Part shown: positions 39,801 through 50,014 of the stretch, piece after piece
How positions within the stretch are numbered: position 1 is the stretch's first letter
How the letters are laid out: every line of letters begins with the position of its first letter
NCBI GenBank assembly: GCA_051453625.1
Contig: JBOZIK010000001.1
Span: 31,297,501 to 31,347,514 of the forward strand
DNA length: 50,014 nt
Direction of reading: 5' to 3'
From: Welwitschia mirabilis
Lineage: Eukaryota
Notes under the pieces: generated by a model
What the model saw: the letters and a program-made list of their open reading frames with translations, nothing else
Told to the model about the DNA's origin: nothing
Databases searched by the model: none
Made by a program: the position numbers and the translations under genes

Positions 39801-40780
39801 TATGTTCAAGTGAAAAACAATCCATATCATCCGAAAGTACCTCAATCGCTTGATTTACCTCCTTGAATTCTTTAGCATCTACTAGATTTTTATTTGGATG
39901 CAGTCTGTGGGGTTTCTTTCTGTAGTTGTACTTGATGGATTGAGGAAGGACTCTGTGAGAGAATTCTAATGTGACAAAGAAGCATCTCTTCAGTCCTTGA
40001 AGTGTTGCTAGCATAACTTCCCATCAAGCAGCATTCATATCAATGTCCTCTTAAGGGTCAGCCTGAATTTCTACTGAAGAAGAGTTTGAGGTTGCGTTCT
40101 GGGAAGGGCTGGGGCTCTTTGCTAGCTAAGAGGAGGTATAGTCATGCCTATCTCCCTCTTGGAAGTTGGGGAAAGGATATTCCTAACCCAGCTCCTTATC
40201 TATCTCGTGGGCAAACTCTTGAGCTATCTCCTATTAGGCTGGGGGTGAAAACGTCTACTCTGTATAATCTGGAGACAAAATCACCCCCCCTCGGACTAGG
40301 GCTACCATGCACAATGGTCCCCTCGGGATTAGGGGTTCCTTCCATGGTGGCTCTTCTTTTGGAGGTTCTCCTTGGGGAAGTCTTATGTGGGTGTCACTGA
40401 GGAGAAGAGGAAGGAGCCTCTCTTGCCCTGATTTCATGGGCTGCTCTCCACAGAGCTAGAACTAAACCCAAGTATCTTAAGGAGTCTTTTCTTTGAAGAG
40501 CTTGGATAAAAAAGAAGGGTAAATTCACTTGGCGTCCTAGATCAAGGGCTTTAAGAAAATCAAAATGAATTCCTGATAGTTTAGAGCAGTTCCTAGACTG
40601 AATGAAAGTAGATAAATGCTTTTGTACCATCTAATGATGTTGTTAATTTATTATCAAAAGAATAGATAGGATGAAGTTTCATTAATTTATTTCCATGTCA
40701 TGACAACTTTATCATTTATAGTTGTTGATGAGTTATTATCGTTTTCTAGATAACCTTTGTACACTTACTTAGCTTTGGCT
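36850..40780 (-). pseudogene. Candidate endogenous viral element: decayed, internally deleted L polymerase of a negative-strand RNA virus (ophiovirus-like)
   Basis: Intronless, A/G-skewed minus strand with ordered motifs YSFDNKLTTSL (40664-40632), YEG (38662-38654), LHKQMFY (38535-38515), LMYLNDKALS (38371-38342) and DMLDLSCG (38238-38215). Many stops and frameshifts. Catalytic motifs A-C were not found. Confidence 0.55.
39481..40607 (-). mobile_element. 5'-truncated poly(A) retroposon (LINE-mobilised) with TSD
   Basis: T-tract at 39481-39493 (poly(A) on minus). GTAGATAAAT is duplicated at 39468-39477 and 40608-40617. GC content rises sharply relative to the flanks. Confidence 0.8.
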
Positions 40781-40907
40781 ATCAAGATGAGTCTGTTATA
40801 TATCTAAACATTATGTTTCATCCAAAATGATACTGATATTTATTTTAATATTTATCAAAATGTTCACTTTTTAATATAATAATTTTTCTAACATTAGAAA
40901 TCTAAAT

Positions 40908-41485
40908 TTACTTGAATTCATTCTTTAAGGTTTTTGAGTTCATGAGAACTACTAAAAAATCTTCCTCTAGTGTAGGAAAAGTTGTATGAGAACTTTCTTA
41001 GGCATAAGATACTTAGGAATTTGATTAATTCTTACCCTTTTAAGCATTATACATTAGGATGCCCAATATTATGGACATATAAGGGCAAAGTGATTTGATT
41101 TATGGGCATTTAACATTGAACATTGAATGCTTATAGAAGTTTATAACTCTAGAAAAACAGTTTTAAAAATAAAATGCTGAGGTTTGTCCAAGTATCTCCT
41201 TGGTATTTGTTCTTCTAGATCCTACAAACTCTTTAAATAATTTGGTATGGCTTGTAAGGGATTTTGACCTCTATGTAATACTTTTAAAACTAATTTCTTA
41301 GCATCAAAATTAATACTATGACATTTATACCAAATGAATTTACATCAAATGAAGATACTCCTCAAATCTAAAATATGCATTTGTTGATTGAACTATTATA
41401 CTATTAAACCATGTGACAATAGTATTAAATCATCCAAATGGATAATGTTCTTCTTGATTATGTCTTTAAATATTTTATTTATGAG
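40908..41485 (-). pseudogene. Decayed ~190-codon ORF upstream of the L-like region
   Basis: One frame reads LINKIFKDIIKKNIIHLDDLILLSHG...KLVLKVLHRGQNPLQAIPNYLKSL*DLEEQIPRRYLDKPQHFIFK... with about 7 stops. After a shift it ends TFPTLEEDFLVVLMNSKTLKNEFK*. Confidence 0.4.
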
Positions 41486-41871
41486 TTATATTAAATTTAA
41501 AATATTTAATAAAATAAAATGAATTTTTTAACTAGAAAGTTTCATTTAGTAGTGAAAGAAATTATGTTTTTTAAGACTATTAATCTGAACTTATAAATAT
41601 GCTAAATAGCTATTTAGAAATAATTAGATACATGTACAATTGATAGATGTCATTTTTTTTCTTTTATTAAAAGTAAAGGATAATTACTCTTAATGCAAAT
41701 TGAAGTTATCTTGTTAAAATTAATTTATAATAAAATTTATCTAAATATCTTCTTAATGTGTATCAATTTTGATATCCAATCTAAGTTTGTAACTTGGAAC
41801 ATAGTATTATTTTTAAGATTTTTTTTTCAATTTTATTATTCATAAATGGTTGCATCTTAGATTCAATTCTT

Positions 41872-43245
41872 TAAGAAATTCCCATATAGAACTTAAATGG
41901 GAGGGATAAATTAGTTCCACATAAAAAGTACACTATAAAGAGAAATGACTTATAGAAATAACGTAAGTACATGCAAGTAAAAATTAGAACTCTTACTAAG
42001 TTTAAGTGGTTCCTCGACTTGAGTAGTTCACACTTAGAGATTAGATCTTACTGCTCAGAAGACATTTTATAGTTTGAAGCTCACCATCAATTTCATAAGG
42101 CTTAAAGAATAGTAGAGTGGCTTTTCATAAGGCAACTAACTTAACCACTTAGGATTTAAGATTAAAAAGTGATATGTCCCTTAGGAATACACTAAAAAGC
42201 CTAATCAAGCACTTATACAACTTAAAATCCTTCTAAGATTCAAATGATGTAATGTTAGATGATGATAGAGTGGAAATAGAGGACTATGAATTTATAGTAA
42301 TTCACAAATCTAATCTCCCCCATTACGTGCAAGAATACAATGAAAGCAAGATAGGAAGAAAATGAAATTTAAAAAATGCTTTGTTTCTCAGTATTAAAGC
42401 CTATAAAAAGGACGAGTAGTAAAAGCAACTTGGTTGATATTTGTTTCTTCCCTTTTCAAGGTGTTGTAGAGATACTCTAGTAAGTATGGATCATTGCGAA
42501 GCCAATGAGAAATATTTTTGAATGAGATTATTAGATCAATAAGAAGGCTATAATGCTTTTCCACTTTTATAAGAAGTTTCCAAATTAGGTCACTAAAAGG
42601 TAGCATGTAGAAATGTCCAAATTTACCACCTAGAATAAGTAATTTTTATTCTTTCATTTTAAGTTGAATTAGATATATTTATTACTTGTAGACATCTTTA
42701 GCTTTATAAACATCTTCATAATATGTAGACATCTTTAATCTAGAATCAAATATGGTTTTTGAATAATATACATTAGATTCTAAGTATTGTTAGAAATCAT
42801 CTCCTTATAAACATCTTTAATCTTTGCAGGCATCTTCTGTCAATTCCCTTATGGTCTACCAAGATATCTTTACATGAGAAGATGTCTAAAATTTGGATGA
42901 AGTAATTCTCTAGAAAGCAAAAATATTCAATTCTAGTATACATGTTTTCTCATGCTTCATTGGTTTTGCCAAAACATCTTCCACCCTATAAACATCTAGT
43001 GGTATGGAAGATGCCTTCAAAATATGTCAAAAAATTCCTAAAAAATTTGAAGGTCACTAAGACATCATATTTAAACAAACTTTGAAAAACTAACTAGTTA
43101 TCTTGTAGACGTCATTACTTTGGGAGATATTCTCCTATGTGGTAAACATCTTTTACACAGTTGATGAACCTTATAATTCATGATGTCTATGCACATATAA
43201 CACTAATTTAACAAGTTTAACATATCAAAACTAAGTAGTTTAACT
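41872..43245 (-). mobile_element. Sirevirus-like (Copia) 3' LTR, decayed
   Basis: Minus-strand PPT-like AAAAAGGGAAAGAT precedes the LTR start, followed by GTTTTGATATG. AGACATCTT/AAGATGTCT repeats cluster at 42690-43190. A C-rich end motif AATTTATCCCTCCC lies near 41900. Confidence 0.6.
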
Positions 43246-43259
43246 ATCTTTCCCTTTTT

Positions 43260-44900
43260 AATAATGTTTAAGACTTAGCAAATTGATTAAAAGAACTGAT
43301 TCTAAACGGGTAGAAAAATTTAAAACTTAAACAAAAAAAAAAAAAAAGAAAAAAATTGACATAGTTGAGCCATGAAAAATGTAGCATTCATTAAGATGAA
43401 AGCATCAGATATATGATAGAAGTGATTTTAATGAAGTACAATTCTAGTAAAATTAATGCTATGTAATGCTAATGCAACAATAATGCGATGTAATGATAAT
43501 GCTAAAAGGACATACAATAGAATGTAGAATGAATATTATGATTTCTAACACATCATGGCCATAATGAGAAGAGATGTCATCAATTAATCCTCTAGAATTT
43601 TCCTACATCTATCATCCTTTTTGAATATCATAAGATACTGCTCAGTAGGAGATGCATTTTTGTTGGACTTCTCTATGTATGTCTAATCATCAAACTTAGG
43701 GGAGGAATGATATAATTGCTATTATGCCTTATGTACCTCCTCTTATGTGGTATGTCCTTGTTCTTACAGAGAATATTTTCCATGCCTTAAACCATAGTCC
43801 ATTCCTCTTGAGACCACTTCTTCTCTGCATCATAACCATCTCCACTATAATGAACATCACTACTCTCAGTTTAAATAAGAGTGCCTATCTCCTCTAAGTC
43901 AAGGAGAAGTTCCTCCCCTTCATTGGTTACTTCATGTACTTAATGCACATGATGTTCCATCCAATATTATCCATTACTTTAGTAATTGCTTTTAGACATT
44001 TCTTCACTAATGAAGGCACATGTGCTTCAACCAGTTGAGAATGCTTAAGGGCTAATTTATGTGAGTTAGTATCAACAAATTTAGATTTTGTGATCCTTAT
44101 CTTCTCACTAAAATCTAATAATGAACTTTTAGCCTTGATTAAATTTATAGTAGGAATTTCTATGCTATCACAAGAAATTAGCATATTGATTAAGAATGAA
44201 TGGCTAAAAGTTTGTACATGGGGGTATTACAAAAATTTTTTCTTTTCAAATGACATATCTAATATGTATGTGAACACTGATCAATAAATAATACATAATA
44301 AAATTTTGTAGTGTGGTATGGTAATTATAAATCCCACATCTTACAAGAATATTATAAAATACTATTCAGAAGCTCAAGTGTTCATTAGAGGTCATTTCTT
44401 TCCATTTAATACATTCATTAATAGTAATATAAGGTTAGTCAAAAATGCAAGTTTTAGAATCTTGATGAAAAATTCTAATTACTTTTCATGTAAAAACACT
44501 TTTAAAGGTGGAACAATACAATTATGGAATGTTGGGTACATCTATTCTGAGTAAATTATTGCCAAATTGAGAAATACTATGATGGATTATATCACTTGCA
44601 TTTTAAAGGTGCTTATAGTATCATCTTTTTCATAGATGCTATTATAGAACTCATAAATCATTTGATCAAAATACTCTAAGTAAAATCAACTAATTTCTTC
44701 TATTCAAGATAGTAAAAGTAGTGAAAAATTTTGTATCTACATTTTTGGCTTAAAAGAAGAGTTATTTCTACTACTACATTGATTAATCTATAGTTTGCAT
44801 ACCTCTATGCTACATTTGAATTGACAAAGAAAGATTTCTACCTTTTCTCTTGAGAAACATGTACATATCTTTCCTTTACCCTAGAATCCCTTCTAAACCT
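43260..44900 (-). mobile_element. Internal remnant upstream of the LTR (env-like/extra ORF)
   Basis: Minus translation FDQMIYEFYNSIY (~44665-44627) resembles the LVxEFYxN motif of plant retroelement extra ORFs. Heavily interrupted. Confidence 0.35.
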
Positions 44901-45074
44901 AGAAGCACCTTTGAACAAGTCACTAGAGAAGAGGATGAGAAAACACTAAATGATAAAGTAAGAACTTGAATCTCAATGAGGAAGAAATATTTAAAGTGAT
45001 GAAGAAATGGAGGCGTTTAAGGCGTTTATTTAAATAAAGCTTAAACGCCCTAAAAACCCCCAGGAAGTGACTAT

Positions 45075-45594
45075 ACATAAAACGCCTTAAATGTGTTTTA
45101 TCTTTTAAGCCTTTTAAGCAGGAAGGTCCTTAAGGACCATCGCCTGTAACGCGTTTAATTGGACAAACGCCGTAAAAGATGGGGTCTCTTTCACCTCTTC
45201 ATAAATAAAACGATCGCACCCGTAGACATCACAAAATTTAGGGGCAAAAAAACACTGATGCGTGAAGTTGAATCGGGTCCGCGATTTTTCTCTTTTGAAA
45301 GCGGAGGCATCCTATCCACAGGACCAGCGCTTCATTTTCCCTAACATTCTTTGTACGAGGTCTCATTAAATTGGGGCTGCATGTTGTTCGCCTATTAGAG
45401 CGGTTCTTAGGGTTGCAGAAGATTACATTCACATGCGTTATCTGGAAGCGGAACGCAATGATGACTGCAATAGCTTTTTTCAGGTGCGAACGGATGTGAT
45501 AGGATACATTGAGAATTTATTGGATGTACATAAGAGTAAACAAACCTGTGATTTGATGTAAACTATTCACCAAGTTATGATGCAAGTCGAGATT
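45075..45594 (+). repeat. ~0.5-kb direct duplication, CpG-rich copy
   Basis: 45200-45594 aligns with 47109-47503, with looser similarity upstream. Contains a CAG|GTGCGA donor-like site at 45484. Truncated by a 100-N gap. Confidence 0.95.
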
Positions 45595-46848
45595 NNNNNN
45601 NNNNNNNNNNNNNNNNNNNNNNNNNNNNNNNNNNNNNNNNNNNNNNNNNNNNNNNNNNNNNNNNNNNNNNNNNNNNNNNNNNNNNNNNNNNNNNAACATA
45701 GCCCCCCACTTAGCCTTTATCAGTCCCTAACAAAAACCAGGTAGGAAAACCATAATTGTGAGCTAATTTATTTTTTAAAAGACAAATTTGAAAGTCATAA
45801 AATAGGATTATAAAACACATCACATTGATAAATAATAAGTAATGCATAATGTGTATGCAACTTTTGAAAATTTTATGTCAGAAGAGATCTAAATTAAGTT
45901 AAAATTTTTGAAAATAAGCCATGAAAAAGGGTCTGCGTCCCTAAAAAGAAAAAGTACTATGTTCAATATTAAACAATAAAGCAAACAAAGTAAACAAGAG
46001 TGAGAAGGTAGGTAAAAGATAACAACTTTCTAAACAAAGTACAAAGCTAAGTAATGTCAGAATTAAAAAAATATAGATCTATGAAAGATTTTGACAAGTA
46101 GAGAAAAATGTTTCATCATAGAAAGAACATGAGTAGCACTTAGAACACCAAAAATCTAAAAATAACACAAATCCAAGCAAGAAATTATCTTTTTATTGAA
46201 AACTTAAATAAGGAAATATGCTAAGAAAATACAGTAATGACTTTGAAATAAATTACCAAATCACAAAAGAAAACAATAAGAATGGGCATAAGATATAAAC
46301 AAAAGATATCTTATCGATATGATATTTTAACCTAGCAGGCTCCCATGAAAGTAATCATAACATCACTTAATGTGGAAAATGCATGACTTAATGTACAAAA
46401 ATTCCATTTGATAAGGTAGTGATTATGATAATTCTAAAGTAAAATGCTTTAAATAATAAATGATAAGACCAAAGAATTGCTTAAAAATAGAGTCTCCTAC
46501 CATCATCTCAAAATAAAAACCCAAATATTAAGAAATGAAATGATCATGTGGAAAGACTAAGAGTTTAGGAAACAAGCAATGCCTCTGATAACACCAGGAA
46601 TACCACTAATCCCATAGCCTCAAAGTTGAAATACAACTTTATTATATATGATGAGGGGAGTGCAACCATAGTTAGAGAAGTAAAGACTTGTGAAGCATGG
46701 CCAACTGACTTCCCAGTAGTGTTTCCACAGCTACCATATTACACTGCCAAAGGCTTTTATCAGAAATATTTGCCCTGGTGAACTTGTGGTAGGACATCAT
46801 GGTGACCATGTTTTTGAGATATTATAAATATAAAACATCATGGTCTTT

Positions 46849-47100
46849 CACTACAAGAATTGAAGGCTTTTAAAAATTTATTTAAATAAACACCTTAATT
46901 AAATGCCTAAAGTAAGCAAACAAAAGCTTTTTAAGGCGCTTTTTAAATAAATGCCTTAGAAGCCCATTAGTGAACCTTTTTAAGGCGCTTATAAATAAAC
47001 GCCTTAAATGTATTTTAAAGTACCTCAAAAAGTCACTCTTTTAAAGTGTTTAATAGAACAAACATCATAAAAGCTATGTTTATTTAACCCTACTTTTCGC
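46849..47100 (+). mobile_element. CACTA (En/Spm) element left end
   Basis: CACTACAAGAA at 46849, followed by direct and inverted AAA(C/T)GCCTTA / TAAGGCG subterminal repeats. The matching right TIR was not found in the window. Confidence 0.6.
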
Positions 47101-47503
47101 ACCTTGCCATAAATAAAACGATCGTGCATGTAGACATCATAAATTTGGAGGGGTGAAGAAAACACTGATGTGTGAAGTTAATTTAGGTCGATGATTTTTC
47201 TTCTTTGAAAGTGAAGACATCCCATCCATAGGACTAGTGCTTCATTTTCCCTAGTATTCTTTGTACGAGGTCTCATTAAATTGGGGCTACATGTTGTTTG
47301 CCTATTAGAGTGGTTCTTAAGATTACAGAAGATTACATTCACATGCATTATCTCGAAGGAAAATACAATGATGACTGTAATAGCTTTTTTCAGGTGGGAA
47401 CGGATGTCATAGGATACATTGAAAATTTATTATATGTCCATAGAGTAAATCAACCTATGATTTAATGTAAACTATTCACTAAGTTATGATGCAAGTCAAG
47501 ATT
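46990..47503 (+). repeat. ~0.5-kb direct duplication, CpG-depleted copy
   Basis: Same sequence as 45075-45594 with many CG>TG/CA changes. Confidence 0.95.
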
Positions 47504-48336
47504 ATTTAGTTTGTTCTTCAATTAATTTGTTTAATCTACTAAGGATGTTAGCATGCTTGCAAGTTTTGAGCTTGAAGGATCTCCTAAACAAGCCATCAAG
47601 GGTCTAAGGATCCAAAAAGTCTTTAAATCATAGGGTAAGGCAAATCATTATAATCCTATGCCAATCCACCCCTGCTAAGAGAAATGAACAATGAACACGA
47701 GTCACGATAAAAATCTTTTTGTTCTTTTTTTGCTTGATTTGATTTGTGTCCCTTTGTAGTTATTAGATTCATTTGAGCTTCTAATTAGGAGATATAGCTA
47801 TATGGATCACTCCTTTTTGGTGCGAAAACCCTAAATTTGAAGAAGAAGATGTTTATTTTTGGTTTCTATTTACCTAGGTAACTATGGAAGGTACTACACT
47901 AATATCGGGTATGTTGACATAATGCTTCACATGCACATATGGATCACAAAGATAGAATCTCCTATTATCAGTTCTTCTGGAAGAAATGAAGATGACTTAG
48001 ACAGAAATAGGAATAAAGCATGTGAAAATCATAATGAAAGGTTACATTTATCAAATAAAGTGCCTTCCAAATATTATGGAAATCCAACATATAGAAGCAA
48101 TAAGAATATTTTTAAATCAAAATAAAGTAGTAGAAATATTGCCGAAGACAAAGGATTTTGAAAATAACATTGAATTTTAGTTTACTAGTTTAAAGATTGA
48201 TAACACCTAGGGGCATCTCATCCAGATGAGCTTCATGATTTCAGTGACACTTGAAGAGAAAAAACAAAAAGAGTTCCATCATTTTAAAAAATAGTATTTT
48301 TCATTTTTCTATATTCTGATAATGTGCATTTTGCAG

Positions 48337-48627
48337 ATAATGGAATAGCTTAGGTCCCAACATTGGTGGGATTTTAGTCATTTAGATTTTAATATGCTCA
48401 TGTTAGCATATGAGAAATAAGAAAGTTTCAAAAGGGCAGAATCTACTTTGAAGTCCATGAAAAAGAATGGGATCCCAATAGATGTGGCAGCATATGTTAC
48501 CCTTATTGAAGCTTATGCCAAGGCTAGTCATAGCAATGAGGCATATTTTATTTTCAAAAGTATACAATTAGGTGGTCCTGAACCCTCTATTGCAACTTAT
48601 CAAACCTTAATGAACTATCTAGTTAAA
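48337..48627 (+). pseudogene. Pseudo-exon of a P-class PPR gene (At3g59040-type)
   Basis: TTTTGCAG| and |GTCAGT bound 97 codons: IME*LRSQHWWDFSHLDFNMLMLAYEK*ESFKRAESTLKSMKKNG...GPEPSIATYQTLMNYLVK. This matches the recalled ILEWLRxQxWWxF...GPEPS exon. Stops at 48346 and 48418. Confidence 0.85.
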
Positions 48628-50014
48628 GTCAGTTCTGCTTTTTTTTTAAACGTTTTAATAAGATTTGGTTGCCTGATTTTCCACGTTATCTTTACCATTT
48701 TATAATATTTTTCATGTATTTTGGAGTTAGCATGTAGCGACCTCCTTTATACTACTAGGTATTGAGAAATGGCACTATGAAGTGGGTGGAAAGGGAAGTA
48801 AATATGGATGTTAAAATTCATTGCAACACAAGTATGTGTAGCTCCTAGCATAGATATATGTATAGCTCCTTGTAATTGTGCCTTGTCGCCTTCCAACTTT
48901 GACTTTTATGACTATCAAAAAGATGACCCTTTACTACTAATCAATATTATGAAAAATTATTTTTCAAAACACCAACAAGAATCTTTTCAATAATTACTTT
49001 TGGATTTTTGTTATCTGATTCATAAACACTTAAAATATCACTCTGCTTGAACTTTTAGATATGACGTATTACAAACCTTAGGACTTATCCATAAGTGCCT
49101 TGAAGTAATAACCAAAAGGGGTCATTTTGGTGAACAAACATGACCATTGATTGAGATAAATGTTTTGAAAAAATTAAAAAAAATAAATGAATAAATTAGA
49201 AAAAAGCGTGGGGAATGTTAATAACTCATTAAAGTAAATAAAGGGAGGGATATTTGAAGGGGTTTTAATGGAGTAATTAAGTATAAGCATATGGGAGTGG
49301 GAAAGAATAAAATGATAGATATGAAAGAAAGGAGTTATGCTTGTTATGTAAAACAAATAGATAAGATAATGAAAGATAATGTCACGAGTAGTAATGCTNN
49401 NNNNNNNNNNNNNNNNNNNNNNNNNNNNNNNNNNNNNNNNNNNNNNNCATTATTTAAAATTACTATTTGTCACACTTATCTTATGTGAACTCTTCATAGG
49501 GATTCCCAGGTACAAGTCTGTTTCTTTTTATTTGCTAATGCCCATATCACCAATAAATGGAATTATAGGCATTTCTCTAGTTTATGCAACAGGTTGCAAT
49601 TGAGCCTTAGAAAATGTAAACAAGTCTCATAGAAGAGGAGTAACATGCTCCAGTCAGATTTACAAGATCCATGATTCATCAAGATCATCGCTGTTGTAGA
49701 TGAAACCTTGTCAGGTTATTAACATTGAGTCTCAAACAATAATAATTAAAACAAATTTTTTTTAAGTGTTTCTTGTAAATTGCAATTTAATGTTTACAAT
49801 GCTAGCTGAGTTCCATATTATACCTTCTTACATATATCGATTTCCACCAGCCACTCTACAGAAAAGGCGACAAGAATTTGTTTTAGGTGCACTAAATCAT
49901 CCAATTTCGTAAAATGAGGTGACAAGAACTTATTTTAGTTACACTAAATCATCAAATTTCGTAGAACGGCATAATTTGAGATTCGAAGTATGTCTCAAAT
50001 CTCAATTACTGAAT

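Noticed and set aside
36850-41490. Alternative reading as a Helitron, caulimovirus or organellar insertion
   Set aside because: No Rep/Pif1 motifs (e.g. GDFRQ), RT motifs (MPFGL, YxDD) or organellar gene signatures were seen in the translations examined. Not formally excluded without a search.
44300-44313. TTTTGTAGTG as partner TIR of the CACTA end at 46849
   Set aside because: It is on the wrong side (the two ends would face outward) and has no adjacent subterminal repeats.
48346-48420. Rescue of the PPR stop codons by RNA editing
   Set aside because: U-to-C stop removal is an organellar process, this exon has spliceosomal intron boundaries, and TAG>TGG is not a U-to-C change.

Overview
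AT-rich, gap-containing eukaryotic nuclear DNA from a land plant. The repeat style suggests a gymnosperm, but that is inference. One complete gene can be reconstructed by hand: a 3-exon minus-strand UPF0235/DUF167 (YggU/C15orf40-like) gene at 35703-33230, 122 aa. Also present are the last two exons of an unidentified plus-strand membrane protein (19806-20463) and a stop-interrupted exon of an At3g59040-type PPR gene (48337-48627). Most of the rest is decayed mobile DNA: hAT-type MITEs with 8-bp TSDs, LTR remnants, L1-type LINE fragments, a long-inverted-repeat (foldback) family, a CACTA end, and two local duplications. The most notable observation is a degraded minus-strand region at ~36.85-41.5 kb. 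Its conceptual translation carries, in the expected order, motifs resembling a negative-strand RNA virus L polymerase, preceded by a ~190-codon ORF. This layout resembles ophiovirus (Aspiviridae) RNA1 and makes it a candidate endogenous viral element. It is interrupted by a poly(A)/TSD retroposon and lies next to a Sirevirus-like LTR. All homology calls come from manual translation and recalled motifs; no searches were run, and repeat boundaries are approximate unless TSDs or splice sites are given.
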